A stretch of DNA of 64,000 bases from Lysobacterales bacterium (GTDB lineage Bacteria > Pseudomonadota > Gammaproteobacteria > Xanthomonadales > SZUA-5): positions 6,890-70,889 of the forward strand of contig JALHRS010000008.1 in the NCBI GenBank assembly GCA_022841325.1. Direction: 5' to 3'. Position 1 is the first letter of the stretch; the number at the start of each line of letters is the position of its first letter. Under the pieces are notes generated by a model, which was given only the letters and a program-made list of their open reading frames with translations, was not told the DNA's origin and made no database searches. The position numbers and the translations under genes are program-made. Positions 1 through 9,493 of this stretch are shown one piece after another.

Positions 1-750
1 CCAGTGCACCTGATGGCGATTGCAGATCTCGCGCAGGCGGCGCAGATAGTGTGGATGGTGCATGCGCATGCCGGCCGCACATTGCACCAGCGGCTCGACC
101 AGCACCGCGCAGACCGTGCCCTGATGCTGCCTCAGCAGCAGCTCCAGGGCATCGGCGGCAGCGTCAGCAGCGGCGATGGCAGACGCTTCATCGCTGGCGG
201 CGGCCGGCGCCGGTGTGACCAGCGGCTGCAGCAGCAAGGGGCCATAGGTTTCCCGGTACAGCGGCACCTGGGTCATCGACAGCGCGCCCAGGGTTTCGCC
301 GTGATAGGCGCCTTCCAGCACCACGAAGCGCTGGCGTGCGGTCTGGCCGCTGTTGCGCCAGTAGTGAAAACTGAGCTTCAGCGCGACCTCGATCGCCGAC
401 GAGCCGGAATCGGCATAGATCACTTTAGCCAGAGGCGCGCCGGCCAGCACCAGCAGGCGTTCGGCCAGGGTGATCGCCGGTGGGTGGGTGAATCCGGCCA
501 GGATCACATGTTCCAGTCGCTGCGCCTGCTCGGCCACGGCCTCGCTGATGTGCGGCTGGGCGTGACCGAACAGATTCACCCACCACGAGGAGATCGCGTC
601 GAAATAACGCTTGCCGCTGGCATCGGTCAGCCAGCAGCCGGAGCCGCTGACGATGGGAACCAGTGGCAGCCATTCATGGTCTGACATCTGGGTGCACGGA
701 TGCCACAGAACCTTGAGATCGCGGGTCACCCAATCGACATTGCCACTCAT
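1..750 (-). CDS. bioA: Adenosylmethionine-8-amino-7-oxononanoate aminotransferase (3' end outside the window)
   Basis: Not in the ORF track. Manual minus-strand translation from ATG at 750 gives MSGNVDWVTRDLKVLWHPCTQM...YFDAISSWWVNLFGH...DSGSSAIEVALKLSFHYW...AYHGETLGALS...VEPLVQCAAGMRMH, the class III aminotransferase motifs typical of BioA. The frame is open to the window edge. Confidence 0.93.
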   Translation of the reverse strand, partial: MSGNVDWVTRDLKVLWHPCTQMSDHEWLPLVPIVSGSGCWLTDASGKRYFDAISSWWVNLFGHAQPHISEAVAEQAQRLEHVILAGFTHPPAITLAERLLVLAGAPLAKVIYADSGSSAIEVALKLSFHYWRNSGQTARQRFVVLEGAYHGETLGALSMTQVPLYRETYGPLLLQPLVTPAPAAASDEASAIAAADAAADALELLLRQHQGTVCAVLVEPLVQCAAGMRMHHPHYLRRLREICNRHQVHW

Positions 751-852
751 GCGCCGGTCATCCTGGTTGCGTAGCCGTCAGCATAGCCACACACGTACCG
801 GTGGCGCCTTGGATATGATCGGCGCGGCGTTCAATTTCAGCAGGCAGAACTC

Positions 853-1296
853 ATGACCCACAGAATTCATCGTTACGCCCGCAGATCCGGACCGCAAGGC
901 GGCTTCACCCTGCTTGAAATCATGGTGGTGGTCGCGATCATTGCCATTCTCTCGACGGTGGTGGTGCTCAATCTGGTCGGCAAGGTCGACGAGGCCGGCG
1001 CCGCACGAGCCAAGAGCGACATCCAGGCGCTCAGTTCGGCGCTGGAAATGTACAAGCTCGACAATTTCACCTACCCGACCACCCAGCAGGGCCTGGAGGC
1101 CTTGCAGACCAGGCCTGGCGGCAATCCGCCGGCGCCGAACTGGAAGCCCTACATCAAGCAGCTGCCGGCCGATCCCTGGGGCAATCCCTACCAGTATCTC
1201 AGCCCCGGTCAGCATGGCGATTTCGATGTCTATTCGCTGGGGCAGGATCGCAAGCCCGGTGGCGAGGGCAATGCGGCCGACATCGGTAACTGGTGA
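853..1296 (+). CDS. gspG: Type II secretion major pseudopilin GspG
   Basis: GFTLLEIMVV prepilin cleavage motif; ALEMYKLDN..YP..QQGLEAL and DPWGNPYQY...DIGNW signatures. Confidence 0.96.
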   Translation: MTHRIHRYARRSGPQGGFTLLEIMVVVAIIAILSTVVVLNLVGKVDEAGAARAKSDIQALSSALEMYKLDNFTYPTTQQGLEALQTRPGGNPPAPNWKPYIKQLPADPWGNPYQYLSPGQHGDFDVYSLGQDRKPGGEGNAADIGNW

Positions 1297-1788
1297 ATGC
1301 GCCAGCGCGGCTTCACGCTGCTGGAAATCCTCGTGGTGGTGGCGATCATTGCCATCCTCTCGGCGGCGCTGATGCTGTCGGCCGGAGGCGCCGGCGCTGA
1401 CCGCCAGATCGAGGACGAGGCCCAGCGCATGCAGCAGGTTCTGCGACTGCTCTGCGATGAAGCCGTGATCGAGGGGCGCTACGCCGGCTTCGGCTACGCC
1501 GCGCAGACCTATGCCGGCTACGAATTCGGGCCGCAGGGCTGGCAACCAGTGAAGCATCAGGGCCCTCTGCGCGCCCACACTCTGGCCAATGGACTGGGTT
1601 TGCGTGAATTCGGCGCCGACGAGGCGCTGCCCCGGGCGCTGCCGGAAGATCCCCAGGTGCTGTGCACGCCGGCCGGAGAACTGGGCGACCACGATCTGCT
1701 GCTCAGCGTCGAGGGGGCGCGCTCGGGCTGGCGTCTGGCCCTGGACCAGAGCGGCGCCAGTCAGCTCAAGCCATGGCAGCCGCAATGA
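1297..1788 (+). CDS. gspH: Type II secretion minor pseudopilin GspH
   Basis: GFTLLEILVV N-methylation motif; directly follows gspG. Confidence 0.88.
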   Translation: MRQRGFTLLEILVVVAIIAILSAALMLSAGGAGADRQIEDEAQRMQQVLRLLCDEAVIEGRYAGFGYAAQTYAGYEFGPQGWQPVKHQGPLRAHTLANGLGLREFGADEALPRALPEDPQVLCTPAGELGDHDLLLSVEGARSGWRLALDQSGASQLKPWQPQ

Positions 1789-2168
1789 AATCGCGTGGAT
1801 TCACGCTGCTGGAAGTGATGGTGGCGCTGGCGATCCTGGCCATTGCGCTGGCGGCCTCGGTGCGCTCGGTCGGCGAGCAGGCGCGCGCCCGCGATCTGCT
1901 CCGGGACGACAGTTACGCCCGCTGGGTGGCGGCCAATCTGATTGCCGAGACCCGCATCAGCGAAGGCTTCCCGCTGCCGGGAACCCGCGAAGGTCAGAGT
2001 CGCATGGCCGATCGGATCTGGCGCTGGCGCCTGATCGTCAGCGACACCCCCGATGGCGACATGCGCCGGCTGGATGCCGAGGTCTACGATGGCGACGAAT
2101 CGATAGACGCGCGCAATCCACGGGTGCGCCTGAGTGGATTCGCCAGCGGCCGCGACCGTCGCGAATGA
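1785..2168 (+). CDS. gspI: Type II secretion minor pseudopilin GspI
   Basis: Start at ATG 1785 (ATGA overlap with gspH stop); MKSRGFTLLEVMVALAI, ARWVAAN; size and position fit. Confidence 0.9.
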   Translation: MKSRGFTLLEVMVALAILAIALAASVRSVGEQARARDLLRDDSYARWVAANLIAETRISEGFPLPGTREGQSRMADRIWRWRLIVSDTPDGDMRRLDAEVYDGDESIDARNPRVRLSGFASGRDRRE

Positions 2169-2773
2169 TGAGTGCACGTGCGCAATCGGGCTTTACGCTG
2201 CTGGAGCTGATCGTGGCGGTGGCGGTGTTCGCGGTGGTCGCAGCCATGGCCTATTCGGGTCTGGATCTGCTGCTGCGCAGTCGTTCCGGACTGGAGCAGG
2301 CCTCCGAGCGCCAGCGCGCCATCGATCTGGCCGTGCTCAATCTGGAGCGCGATCTGCGCCAGGCCCTGCCGCGCCCGATCCGCGGCGCCTATGGCGAGGT
2401 GCAGTCGGCGATGGTGGGCAACGCCGTGGCCGCCGAATGGACGGTGCTGGATCTGGGCAGTGCCCGCGACGGCGTGCGCATGGAAGCCACCCGCGTGCGC
2501 TATGCGCTGGTCGACGGCGCGCTGTGGCGCGCCCGCGATGCCGTGCTCGATCGCAGTCCGCGTGAAAGTGCGCGCTCGCGGCGGCTGCTCGAAGGCGTGC
2601 AGCGGCTGTCCTGGCGCTATGTGCAGAGCGCCCGCCAGCGCCTGGATCAATGGCCGCCGCGCACCGGCATCAGCGCGCCCGAGCGCCTGCCGCGGGCGGT
2701 GGAAGTGACCCTGGTACTGGAAGACCGCGGCGAGATTTCGCGGCTGATCGAACTCCCGGAGCAGCCGCGATGA
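2165..2773 (+). CDS. gspJ: Type II secretion minor pseudopilin GspJ
   Basis: Start ATG 2165 overlapping gspI stop; GFTLLELIVA, LERDLRQA, VRYAL, WP...LPRAVEVTL. Confidence 0.9.
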   Translation: MMSARAQSGFTLLELIVAVAVFAVVAAMAYSGLDLLLRSRSGLEQASERQRAIDLAVLNLERDLRQALPRPIRGAYGEVQSAMVGNAVAAEWTVLDLGSARDGVRMEATRVRYALVDGALWRARDAVLDRSPRESARSRRLLEGVQRLSWRYVQSARQRLDQWPPRTGISAPERLPRAVEVTLVLEDRGEISRLIELPEQPR

Positions 2774-3702
2774 TGCCCCGGAAACAGCGTGGTGTAGCCC
2801 TGATCGTGGCGCTGCTGGTGGTGGCGCTGGCGGCGATGATCGCGACCCGATTGTTCACCACCACCGGCGCCGATATCGCCCGCAGCGAATCGCAGGCGCG
2901 CCTGCTCGATGCCCAGCTGCTGTCGCAGGGCATGGAGGACTTCGCCCTGGTGCTGCTCAAGCGGGATCTGGATCTGGGCGATGGCATCGACACCAACAAT
3001 GATCAATGGGCCAGCACGCTGCCGCCGCTGCCGGTGCCGGGCGGGCGCGTCGGCGGTGCGCTGGTGGATCTGGACGGGCGCTTCAATCTGAACACGCTGG
3101 TGCGGGTCAACGGCCCCGATCCGGTCGCGAGAGCCCGCTTCGAACGGTTGCTGGCAGCGCTGAAGCTGGATGTCGGTCTGGTCGATGCGGTGATCGACTG
3201 GATCGATGCCGACAGTCAGGTTTCGCCGCAGGGCGCCGAGGATCTGGACTACCTGCGCGCCGATCCGCCCTACCGCGCCGCCAATCGGCCGATCGTGCAT
3301 GTGTCGGAACTGCTGCGCATCAAGGGGGTGGACCGCGAGGCCTACCAGCTGCTGGCGCCGGAAGTCTGTGCGCTGCCGCCGGAGACCGGCATGAACATCA
3401 ACACCCTGAGCGTGGCCGGCATCATGAGTCTGGCCGATGGCATCAGCCAGGATCTGGCCAAGCGGCTGTGGCGTGGTGGCCGGGCCCAGTACCGCTCGGT
3501 CACCGAGGTCGTGGACGAGTTGACCGGTGCCGGTATCGTCCTCGATCCGGCGGCGATCCAGGACTTCAAGGTCTCCAGCCTGTATTTCCTGGCGCGCTCG
3601 GATGTCGAACTGGTCGGTCGCCAGTACCGTTTCTACAGCCTGTTGCAGCGCAATGCCGGTGGCGGTCGGGTATTGCAGCGTGCGCAAACGGCTTTCGAGT
3701 AG
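2770..3702 (+). CDS. gspK: Type II secretion minor pseudopilin GspK
   Basis: Start ATG 2770; QRGVALIVALL (no Glu5, typical of GspK), DLDGRFNLN, DWIDAD, SELLRIKG, NINT. Confidence 0.93.
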   Translation: MMPRKQRGVALIVALLVVALAAMIATRLFTTTGADIARSESQARLLDAQLLSQGMEDFALVLLKRDLDLGDGIDTNNDQWASTLPPLPVPGGRVGGALVDLDGRFNLNTLVRVNGPDPVARARFERLLAALKLDVGLVDAVIDWIDADSQVSPQGAEDLDYLRADPPYRAANRPIVHVSELLRIKGVDREAYQLLAPEVCALPPETGMNINTLSVAGIMSLADGISQDLAKRLWRGGRAQYRSVTEVVDELTGAGIVLDPAAIQDFKVSSLYFLARSDVELVGRQYRFYSLLQRNAGGGRVLQRAQTAFE

Positions 3703-3717
3703 ACTGCGGGCCATGAT

Positions 3718-3954
3718 CCTGGAAACCCCAGTTGATCGCTTTTCGTCACACTTGGGTGTCTGATGTCCATACCGTATTCGACGCCGCTGGGCGGCCGCTA
3801 TTGGGTGAGTCTCGCTACGCGGCAGATTGCACGATTCCGGCAGCACAGGGCTGCGTTCCAACTCGTTGGAATAGCAGGGCTATTCCGCCTCGTTGCGCCT
3901 TGCCCTGCGCCCCCGGAAGCGCACACTCTGCCGCGTCCAACTGAGGTTTCCAGG
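3718..3954. mobile_element. Non-autonomous MITE, 237 bp, 17-bp terminal inverted repeats, 5-bp target-site duplication
   Basis: Left end CCTGGAAACCCCAGTTG (3718-3734) and right end CAACTGAGGTTTCCAGG (3938-3954) are inverted with 1 mismatch. ATGAT flanks both sides (3713-3717 and 3955-3959). There is a long internal hairpin and no transposase ORF. Confidence 0.8.
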
Positions 3955-3977
3955 ATGATCGATCCTGGTTTGACGCT

Positions 3978-5141
3978 GTGAGTTTGACCCGATTGTGGTT
4001 GCGCGTGGCGCCTTCGGGCGCCATCGAATGGTTGTGCCGCGATGGCCAGGGCCGTCTGCTGCTGGGGCCGGGCGTGTGCGCCAGCGGCAGCGCGCAGGCG
4101 TGGCCGAAAGTGGACGAAACCGTGGTGGTCTGGGCCGATCAGAGCCTGGTGCTGCGGCGTGTCACTCTGCCGAGCTCCGGGCGTAGCAAATGGCGCACCG
4201 GCTTGCCCTATCTGGCCGAAGACTGGGTGGCTGGCGATGTGGCCGAGCTCCAGGTCGTGGCGCCGGCGAATCTGAGCGGTCACGCCACCTGGGTGGCGGT
4301 GGTCGAGAACAAGCGCCTCGAGAGTCTGCTGGAGCAGCTGCGCGGCCTCGGTCTGAGGCCCGACCGGGTCATCCCTGAAGCCTCCTTTCTTGGACCCGGA
4401 CGCAGCGCCGATGCGCTGCTGGATGGCGGCAATGCCAGCTTTGCCAGCCCCTCGGGACTGGCCGGCGGCTGTGAAACCGATCTGCTGGAGATGATGGTCG
4501 GCGAGCCGCTGGAGGGTCTGCGCCTGCTGTCCACCAGCGGCAGTGCCGAGGGCGTTCATGCCGACCATATCGATTCGGTGCTGCGCTGGCTGTCGCTGCA
4601 GCCGGTCGATGACGGTCTGATCGATCTGTTGCAGGGTCGATTTGCGCCGGCCGGCCGACAGCAGGCCGCCGGTGGCTGGTGGCGTATCGCCGCGGTCGTG
4701 GCGCTGGTGGCGCTGGGCGTGCACACGCTGGTGCTGGGGCTTGAGGTCTACAGCCTGAAGAGTCGCGAGAACGCGCTCTCGGCCGAACTCGAAGCCAAGT
4801 TCCGCGAGGTTTTCGGACCGGAGGAACGCATGGTCGATCCGGCCTTCCAGATCCGCGTCGCCCACGATCGACTGGGCAATACCGGCGTCGCCCATGCCGA
4901 GGCCCTGACTTTGCTCAAGGGCATCGCCCCCTTGCTGGTGGCCGACAGCCGCCTGGTCCTCGAAGGCTTTGTCTACGACGAGGGCACGCTCGAAGTGGCC
5001 GTGCGCGCGCCGGATGCCACGCGCTTCGAGGGCCTGCGCGAACAGTTCCGGCTGAACCCGCAGCTGCAGGTCGAAATCGGCAGCACCTCCTACGAAGGCA
5101 ATGAAGTGATCGGCCGTCTGCGTATCCGGAGGCAGTCATGA
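3978..5141 (+). CDS. gspL: Type II secretion assembly platform protein GspL
   Basis: Cytoplasmic actin-like domain (VTLP..LPYLAED), DLLQGRFAP before a single TM helix, then a periplasmic domain; lies between gspK and gspM. Confidence 0.9.
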   Translation: MSLTRLWLRVAPSGAIEWLCRDGQGRLLLGPGVCASGSAQAWPKVDETVVVWADQSLVLRRVTLPSSGRSKWRTGLPYLAEDWVAGDVAELQVVAPANLSGHATWVAVVENKRLESLLEQLRGLGLRPDRVIPEASFLGPGRSADALLDGGNASFASPSGLAGGCETDLLEMMVGEPLEGLRLLSTSGSAEGVHADHIDSVLRWLSLQPVDDGLIDLLQGRFAPAGRQQAAGGWWRIAAVVALVALGVHTLVLGLEVYSLKSRENALSAELEAKFREVFGPEERMVDPAFQIRVAHDRLGNTGVAHAEALTLLKGIAPLLVADSRLVLEGFVYDEGTLEVAVRAPDATRFEGLREQFRLNPQLQVEIGSTSYEGNEVIGRLRIRRQS

Positions 5142-5614
5142 AGGCCTGGTGGGCGGGTTTGCAGCTGCGCGAACGGCGCCTGCTGCTGCTGGCGGCGGCG
5201 ATGATGCTGGCGCTGGGCTACTGGATGCTGCTGCTGCGACCCCTGGCGGTGGCGCGCGCGGACTCGCGGGTTGCCGTGGAGTCGCTGGAAAAGGCCCGCG
5301 CCGAAGCCTTCGCCCAGGCCGAAGCCATACTCGCGGCGCGCGTGGTGGCGGCACCCAGGCCGGTGCGCTCGCTGTTTGCACTGGTGGACAGTTCGGCCCG
5401 CCAGGCCGGATTGATGACCGCGCAGACCCGGGTGGAACCACTGGCCGAGGATCGGGTCCGGGTGACCATGGATGGGGTCAATTTCGACCAGATGGCGGCC
5501 TGGATCGAGGGTCTGGATCGCGATGAGGGCGTGGACATCAGCGAATGGTCGGTGGACCGCGCGCTGGTGCCGGGTGTGGTCAATACGGCAGTCACGCTGC
5601 AGGCCTCGCGCTGA
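5138..5614 (+). CDS. gspM: Type II secretion protein GspM
   Basis: MKAWWAGLQLRERRLL + TM + coiled coil + VRVTMDGVNFDQMAAWI. Confidence 0.9.
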   Translation: MKAWWAGLQLRERRLLLLAAAMMLALGYWMLLLRPLAVARADSRVAVESLEKARAEAFAQAEAILAARVVAAPRPVRSLFALVDSSARQAGLMTAQTRVEPLAEDRVRVTMDGVNFDQMAAWIEGLDRDEGVDISEWSVDRALVPGVVNTAVTLQASR

Positions 5615-5647
5615 GCTGGCTGCCCGGTAACTGTGGATTGGAGATCA

Positions 5648-6424
5648 ATGAAGCGTATCTGGATCTTGTTGGCGATCGTCGCCGTGTTGCTGAGTGCGGC
5701 CGTCGCCGTGGCCTTGACCTTTCCGGCCGCGGTGGCCTGGGGCTGGGTTTCCGAGCGCGCCCCGGACGTGCGCCTGCAGGGTGTGGGAGGCACTGTCTGG
5801 AACGGCCATGCCACCCGCATCAGCGTGCGTGGACAGGTGCTGGGAAGGCTGGAGTGGCGGCTGTCGCCGTGGCAGCTGCTGAGCGGTAGTCCGCGCTTGC
5901 ATCTGGACGTCGATGGCCCGGGCCTGAAGCTGGCCGGCGAATTGCTGCGCCACGACGCCGAGCACATCGCCATCGAACATCTGAATGTCGAAACCGAAGC
6001 CGGATGGCTGGCGCCGGCGCTGGCGATCCCCGAGCTTGAGCCCACCGGCATGCTGGTCAGTCAGGATGCCAGTCTGATTCTGGCGCGCACCGGTCTGCCG
6101 CGAGCGCTGGATGCGCGCATCGAATGGCGCGAAGCCGGCGTGCGCGGCCAGGTCGTCGCCCGTCTGGGCACCTTGCTGATCGAGGCCCGGGGCAAGGATG
6201 GTCGTATCGACGCCGAGGTCCGCGACAACGGCGATGGCGAGGTCCAGATCGAGGGCAAGGCCAGCATTGACCAGAGCAGTTATCGCAGCGAGGTGGTGCT
6301 GGTGCCGCGGGTCAGCGAAGGACCGGTGGTCGAAGCGCTGCAATGGGTGGGCCAGCCGCGTCCCGAGGGCGGGCGACTGCTGATCGTCGAGGGCAGCATC
6401 ATTCTGCCGGGAGCGCAGTTGTGA
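5648..6424 (+). CDS. gspN: Type II secretion protein GspN
   Basis: N-terminal TM, FPA, GTVWNG, LEWRLSPWQLL motifs; start taken at ATG 5648. Confidence 0.85.
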   Translation: MKRIWILLAIVAVLLSAAVAVALTFPAAVAWGWVSERAPDVRLQGVGGTVWNGHATRISVRGQVLGRLEWRLSPWQLLSGSPRLHLDVDGPGLKLAGELLRHDAEHIAIEHLNVETEAGWLAPALAIPELEPTGMLVSQDASLILARTGLPRALDARIEWREAGVRGQVVARLGTLLIEARGKDGRIDAEVRDNGDGEVQIEGKASIDQSSYRSEVVLVPRVSEGPVVEALQWVGQPRPEGGRLLIVEGSIILPGAQL

Positions 6425-7194
6425 ATCTGGATCTGGACCAGGCGCTGGCCGTGGCTCGCAATGCGGCACTGGCAGCCGGTGCGCTCATCAACCGCCACTA
6501 TGCCGAGGGCGTGGCGGTGCGGATCAAGGCCGATGCCACCCCGGTGACCCAGGCCGATGAGGACAGCGAGGCGGTCATCCGCGAGATTCTGCTGCAGGCC
6601 TACCCGGACCATGCCATCTACGGAGAGGAGGGCGGGCATCAGGGCAGCAGCGACTATCTCTGGCTGGTCGACCCGATCGACGGCACCAAGAGTTTCGTGC
6701 GCGGCTATCCGATGTTTTCGACCCAGATCGGGCTGATGTACCGCGGCGAACTGCTGCTGGGCGTGTCCCATGCCAGCGCCTATGGCGAAACCGCCTGGGC
6801 CCGCCGCGGCGGTGGCGCCTTCCTCAATGGCAAACCGATCAAGGTGGCGTCTACCGATCAATGGTCGCAGGCCAGCCTGTCCACCGGCAATCTGAAGACG
6901 CTGGCCAGCGGAGCGTGTTGGTCGGTGCTGGCTGATCTGGTGCGGGGCGCCCATCGCACGCGCGGATACGGCGATTTCCTGCATTACCACCTGCTGGCGG
7001 CCGGCTGCATCGATGTGGTGCTCGAATCGGACGTCAACATCCTCGATATTGCTGCACTGGTAGCGATCATCCGCGAAGCGGGCGGCATCTTCACCGATCT
7101 GGAGGGGCGCGATATCGGCTTGGGCACGACCTCGGTGCTGGCCGCAACGCCGGCGCTGCACGCGCAGGTGCTGGCGCGGCTGCAGTCGGTCTGA
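6421..7194 (+). CDS. Inositol monophosphatase family protein, HisN-like histidinol-phosphatase
   Basis: GTG start overlapping gspN stop; KADATPVTQAD, GEEG, WLVDPIDGTKSF, RGYGDF, DIAAL. Confidence 0.85.
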   Translation: MNLDLDQALAVARNAALAAGALINRHYAEGVAVRIKADATPVTQADEDSEAVIREILLQAYPDHAIYGEEGGHQGSSDYLWLVDPIDGTKSFVRGYPMFSTQIGLMYRGELLLGVSHASAYGETAWARRGGGAFLNGKPIKVASTDQWSQASLSTGNLKTLASGACWSVLADLVRGAHRTRGYGDFLHYHLLAAGCIDVVLESDVNILDIAALVAIIREAGGIFTDLEGRDIGLGTTSVLAATPALHAQVLARLQSV

Positions 7195-7271
7195 GTGGAT
7201 ACGGCGAAAATTCACGGGCAGCCACGTCAGTTTCACCGTCTGCGCCGCATCCAACCGTTAGACTCACGCGC

Positions 7272-7823
7272 ATGAAAGCTCTGCCTTTGGTACACGAAAC
7301 CCGGCTGGTCGAACCGCGCTACAAGATCGAGCAGATGGACCTGGAATTCGCCAACGGCGAAAAGCGCACCTATGAGCGCATCCACGGCTCCGGACGCCCG
7401 GTGGTGGTGATGGTGCCGATGCTGGATGCTGAAACCGTGCTGCTGACGCGCGAATACGCCGCCGGTCTGCACCGCTACGAACTCGGTTTGCCGCGTGGTC
7501 GGGTGGATCCCGGCGAATCGCTGCTGGAAGGCGCCCAGCGCGAGCTCAAGGAAGAAACCGGCTATGGCGCGCATGAGCTGCTGATCCTGCGCACCCTGTC
7601 ACTGGCGCCCACCTACATGAGCCATGTGGCCCACGTGGTGCTGGCCCGGGATCTGTTCGAGGAGCGCCTGGAGGGCGACGAGCCCGAGCAGATCGAAGTC
7701 GTGCCCTGGAACATCAATCATCTGCACGAGCTGCTGGGCATGGATGAATTCAGCGAAGGCCGGGCGATGGCGGCCCTGTTCCTGGCGCGGGAGTGGCTGC
7801 AGCAGGATCGCGCGCAGCGATGA
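7272..7823 (+). CDS. nudE: ADP compounds hydrolase NudE (Nudix)
   Basis: LEFANGEKRTYER, REYAAG, Nudix box GRVDPGE...AQRELKEETG, LEGDEPE. Confidence 0.93.
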   Translation: MKALPLVHETRLVEPRYKIEQMDLEFANGEKRTYERIHGSGRPVVVMVPMLDAETVLLTREYAAGLHRYELGLPRGRVDPGESLLEGAQRELKEETGYGAHELLILRTLSLAPTYMSHVAHVVLARDLFEERLEGDEPEQIEVVPWNINHLHELLGMDEFSEGRAMAALFLAREWLQQDRAQR

Positions 7824-8653
7824 ATTCGCGCTATTCGGCGGCCGATCTCGAAAATCTGCTGGAGGGCGTGGTGGCTGCCGCCCGCGGTGCCGCCAGCGAC
7901 ATCATGGCGGTGTATTCGGGCGGCTTCGATGTGGAGCACAAGTCCGACACCTCGCCCCTGACCGAGGCCGATCTGGCCTCGCATCGACGCCTGACCGGCG
8001 AGATAGCACCGCTGGATACCGCTGTGTTGGCCCTCAGCGAGGAATCCGGGCCGGAGCAGTTCGCCGCGCGGCATCACACTCGTCATCTGTGGTTGATCGA
8101 TCCGCTCGATGGCACCCGCGAGTTCGTCAAGCGCAATGGCGAGTTCTGCATCAATGTCGCCCTGGTCGAGGACGGCGTGGTGCGCCTGGGGCTGCTGCTG
8201 CATCCGCCCACCGGTGTCTACTGGTGGGGCGCCCAGGGGCTGGGCGCCTGGCGTGTGGATGAGCAGGGCCGGCATCCGCTGAAGGTCACGGTGCCGTGCC
8301 CCACGCCTGTCCGTGTTGCTGCCAGCCGTTCGCATGGCCATCCGGCGGTCGAGGCCTATTACGCCAGGCTCGGTGAGACCGAGCGCTGTCCGCAGGGCAG
8401 TGCGCTCAAATTCGCCCGTGTGGCCCAGGGCGAGATTGACGTCTACGCCCGCCTGGCCTCGCGCTGCAGCGAATGGGATGTGGCGGCGGGACAGTGCATC
8501 GTCGAGCAGGCTGGCGGCCAGGTTGTCGATGAAACCGGCCAGCCGCTGCGCTACAACCAGCGCGACAGCCTGATCGTGCACAACTTCCTGGCCTACGGCG
8601 ATACTTCCCGCCCCTGGCTGGAGGCCATCGATGGCATCGCCGTCCACGATTGA
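7820..8653 (+). CDS. cysQ: 3'(2'),5'-bisphosphate nucleotidase CysQ
   Basis: KSDTSPLTEADLASH, LSEES, WLIDPLDGTREF, GSALKF, EWDVAAG; ATG 7820 overlaps nudE stop. Confidence 0.93.
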   Translation: MNSRYSAADLENLLEGVVAAARGAASDIMAVYSGGFDVEHKSDTSPLTEADLASHRRLTGEIAPLDTAVLALSEESGPEQFAARHHTRHLWLIDPLDGTREFVKRNGEFCINVALVEDGVVRLGLLLHPPTGVYWWGAQGLGAWRVDEQGRHPLKVTVPCPTPVRVAASRSHGHPAVEAYYARLGETERCPQGSALKFARVAQGEIDVYARLASRCSEWDVAAGQCIVEQAGGQVVDETGQPLRYNQRDSLIVHNFLAYGDTSRPWLEAIDGIAVHD

Positions 8654-9431
8654 GCAGCTGCTGGCGATCATGGCCAGGCTGCGCGATCCCGAGCGCGGCT
8701 GTCCCTGGGATATCGAGCAGGACTTCGCCAGCATTGCCCCGTACACCATCGAAGAGGCCTATGAGGTCGCCGATGCCATCCAGCGCGGTGCGCTCGACGA
8801 TCTGCGCGATGAGCTCGGCGATCTGCTGTTGCAGGTGGTGTTCCATGCGCAGATGGCCAGCGAGCAGCAGGCCTTCGATTTCAGCGATGTGGTGGCGTCG
8901 ATCTGCGACAAGATGGTGCGCCGGCATCCGCATGTGTTCGGCGACGCCGTGGTCAAGGATGCCGCCGCCCAGACCGTGGCCTGGGAAGCGCTCAAGCGCG
9001 CCGAGCGCGACCACACCGACCCCAGCGTACTGGCCGATATTCCTGGCGGGCTGCCCGAATGGATCCGCGCTCGCAAACTGCAGAAGCGCGCCGCCAGTGT
9101 CGGTTTCGACTGGCCCGATGCGGAACAGGTGCTGGCCAAGCTCGACGAGGAACTGGGCGAGTTGCGACATGAAATAGCGACCGAGGCTCCGCGCGAACGC
9201 CTGCAGGACGAATTCGGCGATGTGCTGTTCGTGATGTGCAACCTCGCCCGCAAACTCGACATCGACCCCGGCAGCGCCCTGCGGGGCGCCAACGCCAAGT
9301 TCGAGCGCCGTTTCCGGCACATGGAGTCGCTGGTGGCGAGCAAGGGCGAATCGCTGCAGGCGCTGAGCCTGGAACAGCAGGACCTGCTGTGGTCCGCTGC
9401 GCGGCAGGCCGATCATCAGGGTGAGTTGTAG
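8631..9431 (+). CDS. mazG: Nucleoside triphosphate pyrophosphohydrolase MazG
   Basis: LRDPERGCPWD, EEAYEVADAI, DELGDLL, RRHPHVF, second MazG domain DEFGDVLF. Confidence 0.96.
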   Translation: MASPSTIEQLLAIMARLRDPERGCPWDIEQDFASIAPYTIEEAYEVADAIQRGALDDLRDELGDLLLQVVFHAQMASEQQAFDFSDVVASICDKMVRRHPHVFGDAVVKDAAAQTVAWEALKRAERDHTDPSVLADIPGGLPEWIRARKLQKRAASVGFDWPDAEQVLAKLDEELGELRHEIATEAPRERLQDEFGDVLFVMCNLARKLDIDPGSALRGANAKFERRFRHMESLVASKGESLQALSLEQQDLLWSAARQADHQGEL

Positions 9432-9493
9432 GCTCCCGGGGGCGGATTCCGCCACTGGTGGGCGTAAGTCCAGTTCAACGCGGCTCGGCTCTG

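Noticed and set aside
4-684. 226-aa plus-strand ORF
   Set aside because: Antisense shadow of bioA, which has clear motifs on the minus strand
3763-3981. 72-aa ORF between gspK and gspL
   Set aside because: Lies almost wholly within the MITE; no gsp-like or transposase features
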